A DNA stretch of 62,238 bases, the filler included, from Bipalium vagum (lineage: Eukaryota): the NCBI GenBank assembly GCA_037834085.1. It is 3 parts of 3 records of this genome, joined end to end, with 100 filler letters (N's around TTAATTAATTAA, not from the genome) between each part and the next. Parts side by side here need not be neighbours in the genome. Positions count along the whole stretch, not along the records: positions 19,226 to 41,531 come from JBBMKC010223896.1; 2 more parts are not named here. One strand, written 5' to 3'. Position numbers and translations under genes: made by a program. Shown piece after piece: positions 23,421-36,400 of this stretch; positions within the stretch are counted from its first letter, which is position 1; every line of letters begins with the position of its first letter. The notes below the pieces were generated by a model. That model did no database searches, had not been told where the DNA came from, and saw nothing but the letters and a program-made list of their open reading frames with translations.

Positions 23421-24241
23421 TATACATTTTTGTACATATTAACTGATTTTCTTTTTGAAGTAGATCTTCTTGATTAGCAGCATATCCTTCAAAAAATTGA
23501 TACTCTGTTTTGTCATACCATACGGCATCGCATAATATAATTGTATACTAATACAATTAACAAAAAAAATTAGTATGGACATTTTAAAAAATAAAAAAAA
23601 CAATAAGTTTCTCATCACCAAAAGTAAAGATGAATTGCCAAACCGTCAGTCGACTTCAATGGTTCACTCATTGGTTCTTCTTGCTTAATTAAATTTTTCA
23701 TTGATAGCTTCTTCGAGTTAGAAATGTTGTAAAAACATGCTTCAACAAGAAGAGAACGAATCATTTGATAATTGTTCTCTTATTTCTTGCAAATATCCAG
23801 GACAAATTACTAAATTTTTCTCCTTTTTTCCAGATTTAATGAATGTTAGATCTTTCCTTTATGAATAATACTGTCATCAATGACCAGTAGAATATTCAAT
23901 CGTTGACTGTCAAAAATAGGTGGAACTATCTTCAAAAAATTAGTTTTTTAAAAAGTTTTTATTTTTGTCAAATAATAATGAAGATAGTTTTTTAAAATAA
24001 TGATAGTGATATCATTTGAAGATAGACATTGAAAAATAAAATTGACTGGAGAAATGAAGAGATCGAAACATGTATCAAATTAGTAGAATAAATAAAATAT
24101 TGCGTGTTCAAAAATGTTTTTAAAAAAGCGTGTATTTGAAAATATATATCGATGATGAGATTTTAATATATTTTTTTGTAATTTTTCGAAAATTAAAATT
24201 TTTTTTTAATTAATATTGTTATTATTAATATTAACAATTTT

Positions 24242-24242
<1 letters not shown>

Positions 24243-24305
<63 letters not shown>

Positions 24306-24343
24306 CACAATCATCACGGTTTGTGTCTTTGGCAAACCCAACA
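24243..24343 (-). repeat. (TTA)n microsatellite attached to an LTR 5'-end fragment
   Basis: Pure TTA run at ~24243-24305. The minus strand of 24322-24343 reads TGTTGGGTTTGCCAAAGACACA, the LTR-family start. Confidence 0.75.
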
Positions 24344-24509
24344 GTTATATATATATTATAAAGGGTTTAATTGATTATAATTATGTTCCGTAAAACAGAA
24401 CTTTGTTCAATCAAAATTAGATGTAAATTAAACGTTTAATTAATTTTAATTTTTAAAATTGATTTTATTTTTATGTACCTGTTGATAGTAATCTTGTTAC
24501 TGTGATTAT

Positions 24510-26082
24510 TAGGGCCACAAAAATTATGTAAAGAAGATCTAAAAATTATGTAAATTGACCAAAAAATTGACCTATAAAATATAAAAATTAACTTTATTGA
24601 CCTTAAACAAACAGAAGTTGACTTTAAAATAACAAAAAATATAATTAAAATAATAACAACATTTCAACATTTACTTCAAGAAAATCATTAGGTTTTTTCA
24701 CTTACATAACACGATGTTACTTAATATTTTCTTTTTCTTTAATTGTCTATCATTACATAAAATCTTTTTAAGCATCGAAAAAATTCTTTCGACACCTGAC
24801 GTACTCGGCTGAGATTTTTGAAGCATATCATAAAGTTCTGGGGACATATCATTTCGATATAATTCCGTAATTGCCTTCATTTAATTTTTCTCTAACCCCT
24901 TTTCAATATACATATTCAGTTCACAAGGGTCTTCTTCAAAGGAAAGAGATTTTAAAATATTGAAGACTGTTATTTGAAATAAAACAGTTTTTTATTGGGT
25001 AATTTATGACACTAACTGATATTAACAATTTCTTATGAGTAAAAGAGTTTGCTCTAGTTCAGTTTGCACGATTGATTTTTAGCATGGGTTACTAATATAA
25101 CATTCCCTGCAAAAGTCTTTACTATATCTCTAACTTCTGGAAGATTATGAGGGTAAAATAAGGTGCCTTCAACTAAGTTCCCCAGCGTGTTTTAAGTGGC
25201 AATCGAAGTTGTTCAATACATGAAAAAAGTCGCTGCCGTTGTTTATTTTTAACGCATGCAGCTTTAATTGTCGCAATTAAGTTATCCATGAAAAAGGCCT
25301 GGATATAAAATATGCAAAGATTTAACCGCACATGTCATATATGTGCTGCATTTGTGAGAAGTAAACAAAAAAATTTTCTCGACTACATCCTAGAAATGGA
25401 ATAGTATCATCTATAATATAACAATACCAGTAGAGTTAATGAATGAATCAAGAATAAGGCATTCACATAAATAAAAGACTCCTGATTTTCAAGAATACCC
25501 GCGAGAATATTAATAAATTTATAATTCAAAACATCTGACTCATCCATAATTTAAAAAATCTGTTTTCTTTATACATAATTCTTTATTCGCTGAACTTCGT
25601 CATTGTAAATGGCTGATAAACGTGATCTACAAGTTTCATCGCTAGGAAGAGGAATAGAAGAGAAAAGTACTCGAAGAGATTAATTTCGCAATTTCCGTAA
25701 TGGAATATTAGCAACTAGGAATGCTTTTGTTATATTCATAGTAAAATCCTCATTGTTCTTTGGCAAAAATTGCTGTTTAAAAAATTTCTTTGAATCTTTT
25801 TTGCTATTATTTAGCAGAAATTCCAAATGTTTAATTGTTGCTCGATATTTATCAACAAAACATTTTATGACATGTGATGTCTATATTAATACACACAACA
25901 AAAAAGATTACCTTCATGTGAAATTGAAAATTCGTCTGGACATTTTCTTGTAATTTCTGGAGTCTTAATCATTAAAGATTTTGCATTTTTCGGCATTTAA
26001 AATAATTAATTATTATTAAAATATTGCTTTATTATTAAAAAATTTTAGTTTTATGGCCTTTATTGACTTTTTAGTAGCCCTA
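24510..26082 (-). mobile_element. hAT DNA transposon (CGGBP1-like transposase), decayed
   Basis: TIR TAGGGC.AC.A at both ends. Degenerate 8-bp TSD GTGATTAT/GCGACTAT. Dimerisation motif STSGVERIFSMLKKIL and N-terminal KAFLVANIPLRKL. Confidence 0.8.
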
Positions 26083-27406
26083 GCGACTATTCTCCATTTT
26101 GATAATTTAATAATACGGGAAAAAATAAAAATTGTTAGTTAAAGATAAAAAACCCAAAGTAAATATAAAATTTTGTATTATTGATAAAAATAGTTATTGA
26201 TTTATTTATCTTCATTAAATATTGATAAAATGATTATCAAAAATTTTACAATTTTGTTTGCATTTATTAATTGATAAACATTGTTGGAATTATTTTTGTT
26301 GTTAGACATTTCAATAAATATAGGTTCCCTGAAATTTATGCGTGCTCAACGACCTCATAAGGACACAAGAGCTTGATTTGTCTTGGAAAAGATATTTGAG
26401 ATAAGTAAATGTTTTTATTAGCTTCTTGACATTAAGCTTGGATTTTTAATAGAAATACAGGAGTTCCTAGGAAATCCCAATTCTCTCCATCACTAAGAAC
26501 AGTGTAATTTTACGGAATTGATTCGATTATTTTTAATGAGTTTGTTTTGTAGACTGAAATCGGAGATCTATGTTGAGAATGATGATTTAGTGAATTATTA
26601 TTAATTGTGTTCTCAGCAAAACGTTTTATAATAATTTCAGGTATAAGTTCAAGGTTGATTAGAATTTCAATTATTAATGTCTTCACCATAAGATTATAAT
26701 AATTTAGAGACTTTCACAATTATTTAAAGATTATATTCAAAATTGAGATATCAAATATTAAACCCTTTACACGATCCTGTTATTCTCATTTCTCCGTTTC
26801 ATTGGTTTTCTAATTTTAATGAAAATAAAACTTTCCTTAAACAATCGAATTTTTCTTTCAGATTTAAAAATCAGAAATCTTTGGAAAAACTCATTTCAAT
26901 CTGGTTCCGTTATGATTCATACATAACCCATAAATATAGCCAGTCTTTCTGTTTATTCTTCTCTAAATGCTGCCAATATTCAGATTATCTTTACTAACAT
27001 TCTAAGGTCAATATCAATAACCTTTTCATTATACGTAGTGACCAACAATTAAGATTCAATAATTGATTGGTGAACACATAATAAAACAGGTAAAGTCAAT
27101 CACTGAAGAAAAAAGATATAGAAGAGATATAAGCAAATAATAATTTTAACAAAATAGCCGACGTCCGTTAAGGTCTTTTTAAAAAACTTCTGAATTGAAA
27201 AAATCAAAACAAAAATGTCACATTTAAAAATCAAAAATTTTATTTTCTCAAAATAATGTTCGAAATCGAATATAAACGGGAGAAACTTGATATATATTTA
27301 CCACCATCAAAAATAAGATTAATAAGAACGAGTATAATCATGAAAATAATTTTACTATAAAAAACCGAGTTTTATATACAATAAAAAATCGTTTCTCAAA
27401 ATCAGA

Positions 27407-30400
27407 CAAATTGAATTTTTCGACAGTTTTCAACTGAATCTTTGATACCATTGCTTTCTAGGTGACCTAGCATTTCATTATCTCTTTTCAGTTTGTCATG
27501 AAATAACTAAAAACAAAACAATATTTTAATATAATAATAACATAACTTTGAAGATGCAATAGGAATAGAAATCAGAATAATGTTTTAAGACAATTTAAAA
27601 TATTAATATTAAATAAATATTATAATATAAGTAACATGAGCAAATAATAATAATAGATATGAAATAATTAATAATTCGAACAATAAATACTGATATTACC
27701 GCTAGTTGATAAATAAGAAATATAAAGAAAAATAATTTATTAATAATAAATTATAATTAATACTAATGTCGTTTAAATAATAATAATGATTTCAGTGTTA
27801 CTGATTTCTGAGTCATGAGTGAAGAACGAGTAGATTTTCGTCATATTATGCTTTATGAATTCCGAAGGTCTTCTAATATTTCGTCAACCATGAACAACAT
27901 TTTAAGACCTTGTCAGGACAAGGGGCCATATGAGATCGCAGTCAATGGATGGTTTGCCAGATTTTGATTTATCTAACAAAAACAAAATCCAGAGGTTCCA
28001 GTAACATTTCAGATCATGAAACCAAGAATATCAACTCAAGAAGTTGCAGTCAGACTGAACTGTGACATATCAACAGATTTCCGGCATGTTAAGAAAATTG
28101 GCTACGTATCAACACTGGATGTGTGGGTTCCTCATTTATTGACAATATTTATTTTTGCAATGACCCAATAAAAATAGTATAATGAAAAATCAGTTTTCTA
28201 TCAAAATTTTATTTATTTGTTTTTATTTGTTTTATTTTGTTTATTTTCATATATAAAGAGCAAATACTTGAACTTTTTAATTTTATATTATCAAAAAATA
28301 ATCAGAATAAATTAAATTAATTATTTAAATTAGTAAAATTATTTTATTTTTTCAAGAGAATTTTAAAAATTTTTCTGAGATTATTGTTATTTACTCTTCG
28401 ATGAAAATTATTTTTGTTCTTAAAAATTAATAAGCATATCTGAGTTCTAAACAAAACAATCACTTTCAATGTTTTGTTCAATTACAAACCAATTAAAAAA
28501 TAAAAAAAACAAAAGAAATAGATAACTATTTCACTTTTTTAAACGAGATCATTAACTGAAGTGTGAATAAACAATACAAAACGAACGCTTACAGGAATAC
28601 ATATTGATAAATCAAGAGTTTCGCTGAATAATCTATCGAACTGTTGGAGTACATCATCTGAGCTATCTTCTTTAAAACGTCGAAACAAGGTAACAATCAT
28701 CTTCTCCAGATTCCTTTGACTTCTGTTGAATTCCGACAGCAGAGACTCACTGGTAGACAAAACATTGACTTGATAATTCATGTTTTCATATAAGTGAGAA
28801 AAATCTTTGGAGAATTTCCACATGGACATCGAAATGACCATAGACGTTAAAAATTTGCTGAGCTCGTAAAATATTTTGTAAATTCGTTCAATTTGAGAAT
28901 GCATTTTGCTGGAATCCCGAGAGCTGTGCAAATATTCGTTCAATGTTTCCTTTAACTATAAAAATAAAATAACAAATTTAATAAAAATAATAAATTTCTT
29001 TTGAAATGAGACAAAATGTATACTTAAAACCTAAACTTAAGTATAACAGCTATTTATAAATATTAATAATAATAATATAAATAAAATAACCACAAGATCA
29101 ATTTAATAAAGTTAATAATAATTCAAATTATATAATCCTTGTTACAGAGGATCAATTAAGTAACTTTACAACTTTAAAGTGTAAAAAATCTATAAATATT
29201 TTGTTTTATTTAGCCGAACTATTTGTCACGTGTATGTTGACATGAAATGTTAAAAATTTTAAAATAGCGGTTTTTTTAGATGTATCGATTATCGGTCAGT
29301 GACAGACTTAGTGTTGAACAGTGGGTCAAAACTGTTGAATTAAAATATAAATTTAACTCACCCATGACAATTCAAAGAATATGGAAATGGGAAATGAATA
29401 TTGATCTAAAAAGTAGGCCAACAATCAAAGTCCTCAAAATTGTGAATGTTTTGGATGAACCAAAAAGTTGACATCAACTAAGCAAGATTGGGAAAATTTT
29501 GAATGAAAAGATTAATCAATTGTTTCTAGAAACGTCCAATTCAACACTTAGACGGGTGTTCAATTAATGTAATGCTTCACATGAAACAGTCCTCAAAGCT
29601 GTGAAGACATTGCATTTAAAACCGTCCATCTCCAGATTAGTTCAGTCGTTGACAAAAGATGGTTTTGACAGGCGGCCCTTACCACTATAAACCTTTTTGT
29701 GTGAGGGCTTATTAAGCAGACAACAAACTCTTTCATTGCAAGATTTGAAACAAAGAATCATTGAAGTACTTACCAATATGCCAATCGAATTTTGTGAAAA
29801 CGTTTGCTTGTCTGTCCCTCTTTAGTTTCAAGGAAGCTAAGTGAGAATCTTTTGAAAATAAATAAATGTTGTGTATGTCTTTGTTTTTATATTAAAAAAA
29901 TTAAGTTAGATTGAGAGGCTCTGTTTCTATTCACTCATAAAGTTGTAAAGCTACTTAATTAACGTAGTGCATATTAATAATAAATAATAAAACCAAACTA
30001 AGACAAGTCAGCTGAAGCATAATAATTGTGTCACCCTCATAACCTTTTTATTAAGTCGTTAGGAGTAAAAATATTTCTCAATTCACTGTTAACAATAAAA
30101 CTCCCAGATTATACCATTAAGACATTAAAGCACTAAAATCGCCGTTAGAACCGATACTTTTTATTTAGATTTTTTTAAAAAATGATTTTGCTAAAAAAAA
30201 TTTTTAGGTTCCGAAATATATTTCAGAAATGCATTCTTCTTGTCACATTCCTTCCTTGAGCATTGTTACTTTCTCAAATGATTAACGACATTAAGTAAAA
30301 TGAATTTTTAAAAAATAATGTCAAAAGATAACAGAAATTTATCACCTCATTCTATTGATATACATGGTGTGACAATAAAGTTCCAGGACTATTATTATAA

Positions 30401-33400
30401 CGCGAATTATACAGTTGTAAATTGAATTTTGTTAATGTTGGCAGCACATAATACAATTCATTGAAATTTCTGATCATTTTATTTCAACTAGCGATTTGTT
30501 TAACTGAAGTAATTTTCTTAATTAATATTCTAACATTTTAAATATTGTCACAATTTCAGAATGGAACAGAGATAGAATATCAAATGTTGCTACAAGTTAC
30601 GCAAGACACCTACGGAGACCTATAAAATGTTAAAAATTGTGTATTGGAGAAATAAAACGTCAAAATTTAGAGTCTTTGAATGACATTCTCGCTTTCGTGA
30701 AGGCCGTGATGATTCTTGCGATAATGACGGAAGTGGCCGCCCATCTATCTCCAGAAATGATGAAAACATGGAAAGATTACAGAGATTGTTGAAGCCGAGA
30801 GACATATTACATTCAGAATTCTCAAAGATAAAACTAGAATCAATAGAGAATCGATTCGAAAAATGTTGATTGAGGATTTAGGTAAGAAAAAAAATGTTCA
30901 CTATTTGTTCCTCACAGCTTGACTCCAGAACAATTGCAACACAGAGTTGACTGCTGCATAAATTTCATTTTCGCTTTTGATACTTACCCAAAATTTACCA
31001 AATCAATTATTGTTGGCGATGATTCGTGGTGTTTTCAATATGATCCTGAAACCAAACGACAGAGCTTGCAATGGTAGCCAAAGAGCTCTTCAAAACCTAA
31101 AATGTTACGGCTACAAAAATCAAAACCCCTCCTGATCACGTTTTTTGATTCTGGTGGAGTTATTAACAAAGAATTCGTACATTCTGATGTTGTTTATGAC
31201 AAAGAAGTGATGTCTCGGCTTTCAGAAAAAATGCGAAAAATTAAACCTCAGTACAGTACTGAAAGAAGCTGAAGTTTACTGCATGAAAACGCACCTTTTT
31301 TTCTGGGTGAAAAAGAAATTATGGTAATCAACTATCCACCATATTTACCGGATTTAGCTCCAGCAGATTTAATGCTATTCAAAAAGCTGAAAGCCATACT
31401 TAAAGGAAGAAAGTTTCAGAATATTGAGAATATTCAGATGAATGTTACAAACCAACTGAAGGGTATTCCAAAAGAGTACTTTTAAAAATTTTTGGTGCTT
31501 TGTATAAAAGACGTACAAAGTGTATTCAAGTCAATTGTGACTACTTTGAGTAATAAAATATGATTTATTGTTGTCTCATGTACCTTGATTTTGTACAGGT
31601 AAAGCCCTGAAACTATTGTCACACCATGTATCTCGACATCCTTTCAGATAAGACATTTTCCAAATATTTTTCTTATTATTATAGTTTTTGTCAAATCAAT
31701 AAAAAAATATCTTTAAACCCTACTTCAAAATTTCATTCTTTTGAAAGGTTTAAAATTTCTCTTATTCAAATTAAGTGGAAGATTCTCATACGACAGAATT
31801 AAAAGAATCTCAATAATCAAAAGAAAATTAAAATAGAAAATTCATAATCAAGCACGTCTGCTTCATGAAATAATTTATTAGTAATAGTATTATTATTATT
31901 AAATATTATTTTCAGTTCACAACATAAAAATGAAAGAATGTCTAAACGAATGTTCTAAGAATGAAATCACTATCAAATTATAATATTAATATTAATATAG
32001 ATTCGTCCCTTAGTTCAAGAAATAGATATAAAATCGATATTAATTAAACATTGATTCAATTTCGTTCAGATTGAAATTATGGAGTAAGGTGATAGTAGAC
32101 TCTCAATAACCAAGTTAAAATATAATAGAAATAAATTTAGCATGGCAAAATAATAATAAAAACATTAATACATTAAAAAACAACACTAATAATGATAATA
32201 GTAATAGAAGTCATTGGATGTTAATGAAAATATAATGTTAAACTATGGCAAGATTATTCATTTACTGGATCAATAAAACAAAACACATTGTTATTTGATA
32301 TATGCCATCGTCAGCAGTTGATTGGTTCTGAATTTATGTCAGCTTCAGTTTTCAACAAACAAGAATTAATAATGGAAACACAACAATTGAAGTCAGATCA
32401 AATTTTATTAATCATTATACTTTGTTATATTACATTTTTTACCAATAATCTCTAATATTTGTAACCTTCATCTGGAATCAAAATTTATCAATGGTATCGT
32501 GTACCATCCCTTGACAACTATTATCAATTTTTAAATTAATAAGCTACACTTTGTGAACTAAATTGTGTAATTAATAAGAACTTTAATTATTAATTTCTTA
32601 GAAAATATAACACCGTGGGGGTATATAAGACGAACAAGTACAACAAAATAAAAAAATCAGATAATTATCTAACAAAAAGAGAAAAATCTAAAATTCAACA
32701 CCTATAAAAAGAGAGAAAATAAGAAAACTAATCGATAATAGTAATAAAAAACAAGTCAAATATTGTAATTGTGAAACAAAAAATAAAAATTACCAATCAA
32801 GATAATGTTTCAGCTTAATCTTTAAACTAATCTGGTATTCAAACGTTTTAACATTTAAAAAGTGTATAACATCAATAATAATATTAATTATTATTATCAT
32901 AATTTATTGATCTGGTCTTTTTTATTTTGCAAGATTTTTTTTATATTGAAAAAAATTAATTGACAGTGATACTATGACATTTTTTAAATACTTAAAAATG
33001 ACGTTTCTTATGAGACTATGTATGTTTTTCTGTTTCCATCACTATTATGAAATAAAAAACACAATCGGAATATAAAAATTTAAAATATCATTTTTTCTAT
33101 AAAAATAAAAAAATCAATAGATTATTACAAAAAATCAATAGTAAAACAAAAATCTTAGACTTAGTCAAAAATTGATATTTGAAACAGAATGCTGATGAAA
33201 CTTTCGACGTTAAAAATGGCTCACGAAAATTATTTATTAGTTTTATTATTATCAAGTGATTGTCACCTTAGAACCAGTTAAAGCCAGTATGATAAATATT
33301 ATTGAAAACGAATGCCAGTTTGAAAAATTCGAGAGTTTTTCATCATTTAGAATTTGTTGAAATTATAGATTATTTTAACTTTCTCATAAAATCATTTAAT

Positions 33401-36400
33401 TATGTCATAAATAATCAATATTCAAATAGAGAAGTATATAAAGATTTTAAATATATTTTAAAAAATCTTATTATAAAACAACAACAAAATAAAACGATGA
33501 TCGATAATAGTTTATAATATCAATAAATGAAATTTTATAGATCGAATAGTGAAGATGTATTAAACTTTATTATTGAAATTGAAAAATTAAAAATCAAACC
33601 AGCCTTTTCTTTGGCTAAGTTGAGATAACTTTTCCTTTCCATGTATTCCCTGATCTGTCCACCCATTTTCTTAATGTTACACTTGATCAAGTTGACAATA
33701 TTATAGGAATTCATGTCGTAATCAATGTCTAATATTTCAGTTCTGAACCAAAAATGAAGTTATATTCAAGCACATTATGTGAGAAATAAAACTGGTGTGG
33801 CTCCAATTAAAGATGGGCATCAAATAATTTTTTTTAGAAACTAAAAAGATTTCAAACTTTAACAAGACTAAATCAATATTACGATGAATGATAGGTAGTT
33901 TTTGACGAGTTTTGACAACGACAATTCAACAGTGACAAACTAATTTTTCTAAACGAGAAAGGTGTCAGTTTTGGTATATTTGTTTTGACGGTCACAATAT
34001 ATTATTTATCATTTTCTCGAATAATAAGTAATCACAACAATATAACATGATTTCTGTTTATTGATTTCATTAGAATTTGTGTATTTTTAAATATTTTCTA
34101 ATATCGATTAAATCACTTTAAAAGTTTTCAAAATTACTATGGATGAATGATCATGTCTTAAATACCATAAAAATTATTAATAATAAACTTTTTATCATTT
34201 AAAAAATCGTCTGATTATTGATAAATAGACATACATAAATTACTTTAATAATTTTTCAATAGTTAATTTTTGTTTTGTCATTTTTATTTGTTTTTAACAT
34301 TGACTTTGATATTAACATTATTAAAATAAATATTAGCGATTGCATAACGAAACTAATCATTCAATTTTCATTTGATGCTTTTGAAAGTAATAAAGTACGA
34401 CTTCATCGTTGAATGTTGTCAATGACCGTAACAACCTCGCTTAAAATTACCCGACAAATATGAATAAATTGATTAAAAAATGTAATCAAACATTTAAGCA
34501 CACTCAAAATTTCGGACAAGCACAAAATATCATTATCTTTTTTGACAATTTCGAAATATTTTGAATATATTTCTATAAAATGAAACAAACAAAATCGATT
34601 TTCAATTTTTTTCTTAAAAATTAGTCAAAAGAAAATAAGAAATGAAGATCAATATTAAAAATTGTAAAAAATGTAACATAAAAAATAAATTTCAATTTTG
34701 TTATAATAATTACAACATGATTAAAACAACTTTAAATAATAATTAGAATTTTCTTTTAGGACACAAAAAGTTGTCGATTGTTTCGAAGCAAATTAAGTGA
34801 AAAATAATAATTTTAAAATTTATTTAAATTTCTATTTTTCATTTAATCATTACTTCTAATAGATTATTTTTAATATTTATTGATTACAATATTATCTATT
34901 TTAAGTTCAATAGATAATTGTTAAGAATATTCTTTTGATCTCTAAATAACAAAACGATCGGTCACTTGAACAATTATTAACTTTTCAACCATTTATCATT
35001 AATTATTACCAATTTTCTTCTCATTTAAACCAAATATTTCAATTAATCAAACTCTTAAATCATTTATTTTATTTATTAATTAATTATTATTATTTTGATC
35101 ATTAATATTATTAATGATTATTAATTTATTAGTATAATTACTATTCATTTATTTTATAAGTCTCGTTTCAATTTATCATCACAAATAATTCCCATACTTA
35201 TTTTATATCGTCTTTCAATTTTTATTTCATATATTTACCAATAATATATAATATATAAATAATGTATCAATTTGTTATTTTATTAATTCAATCAATAATA
35301 TTGATAATAATCGACACAAAAAATTAAAATTCCAAAATGATATTAAAAAACAATATTTCTTTGAAATCATACGAAAGACTAGAATGTGTACCAAATCAAT
35401 TTATTGATTAACATAATGAAATGATATTATCTCTAAAAAAATAATCAATTTTTAATTTTAAACAACCGGAAATTCAATTACATTACCAAAACAATAAATT
35501 TGAGTTATTTGGAATTTTGGTGAACCAAAAAAAGTATATTTAAGTGTGACATTTCAAATCCGGAAAAATCAAAAGTCAATAAACTAAGAAAAAATTATCA
35601 ATAAGGAAAACGAGAAAATTTTAAAAGAAAAGTAACAATGGTGTCGGTTTGTTTTAATTATGCATTGTAGAAATTTTTTCATTTTAATCAGTTAATATTT
35701 GAAAAATGTGATTATGAATAAGAAAAAGATATTTTAAATTTTAAAAAAATCGAATTTATTTTTTATCAATGAAGTTAGAGATAAAAATTATACAAACACT
35801 TACGGAATCTTTTGAATTTCTTCTTGAAAGTCAACCGGTTTTTCAGCTTGTAAAATATTATTAAACACAACATCCAAAACTTTATTGAATGTAACATATC
35901 GGTACATCACATTAACCGGGAAACTGCGCAGATCTGTGTTGTAATTGGTAAAATAGCTGATCAATTCTTTCTCAATATCATTGATCAAAATACAAGACAC
36001 TTTGGAATATATTGCTTTCCAATTAATTTTATATTCCGTAATGTGAGTGCTGTTAACATCATCATCGTCAAAAAGTGACATCATTGAACTGGTATTGTTG
36101 AAAGATTTGGAAATATCGTCTATGTTCACAGTAAACGGGATGTTTTGATATGATTTGCTGAAAGTAGTAAGATTTGTCAACGACTGATTACTGTACATTT
36201 TTTCTGTTTTAGCTTTTTTTCTCAATGATAAATTTAGAACAGGCTGATTGGTATTATTGATGATAGCACTGTCGGTGGAAAAGTCTGGTTTTTCGTACTG
36301 AGGAGGAGGACTAGATAATTCTGCTAACGCCTTGATAGGTTGATAAATTTTACGAATGTTTTTAATTTTATTCACAGTTCTTGGAATGCTGAAAAATAGA

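Noticed and set aside
28593-28955. Helical exon as the missing glypican N-terminus
   Set aside because: It lacks the conserved glypican cysteines and PFG motif, lies across a gap, and fits better with the 33600-39053 exons.
34403-34588. Minus-strand ORF as an exon of the unknown gene
   Set aside because: Its acceptor phase does not fit the 35804 donor, which joins cleanly to 33742.
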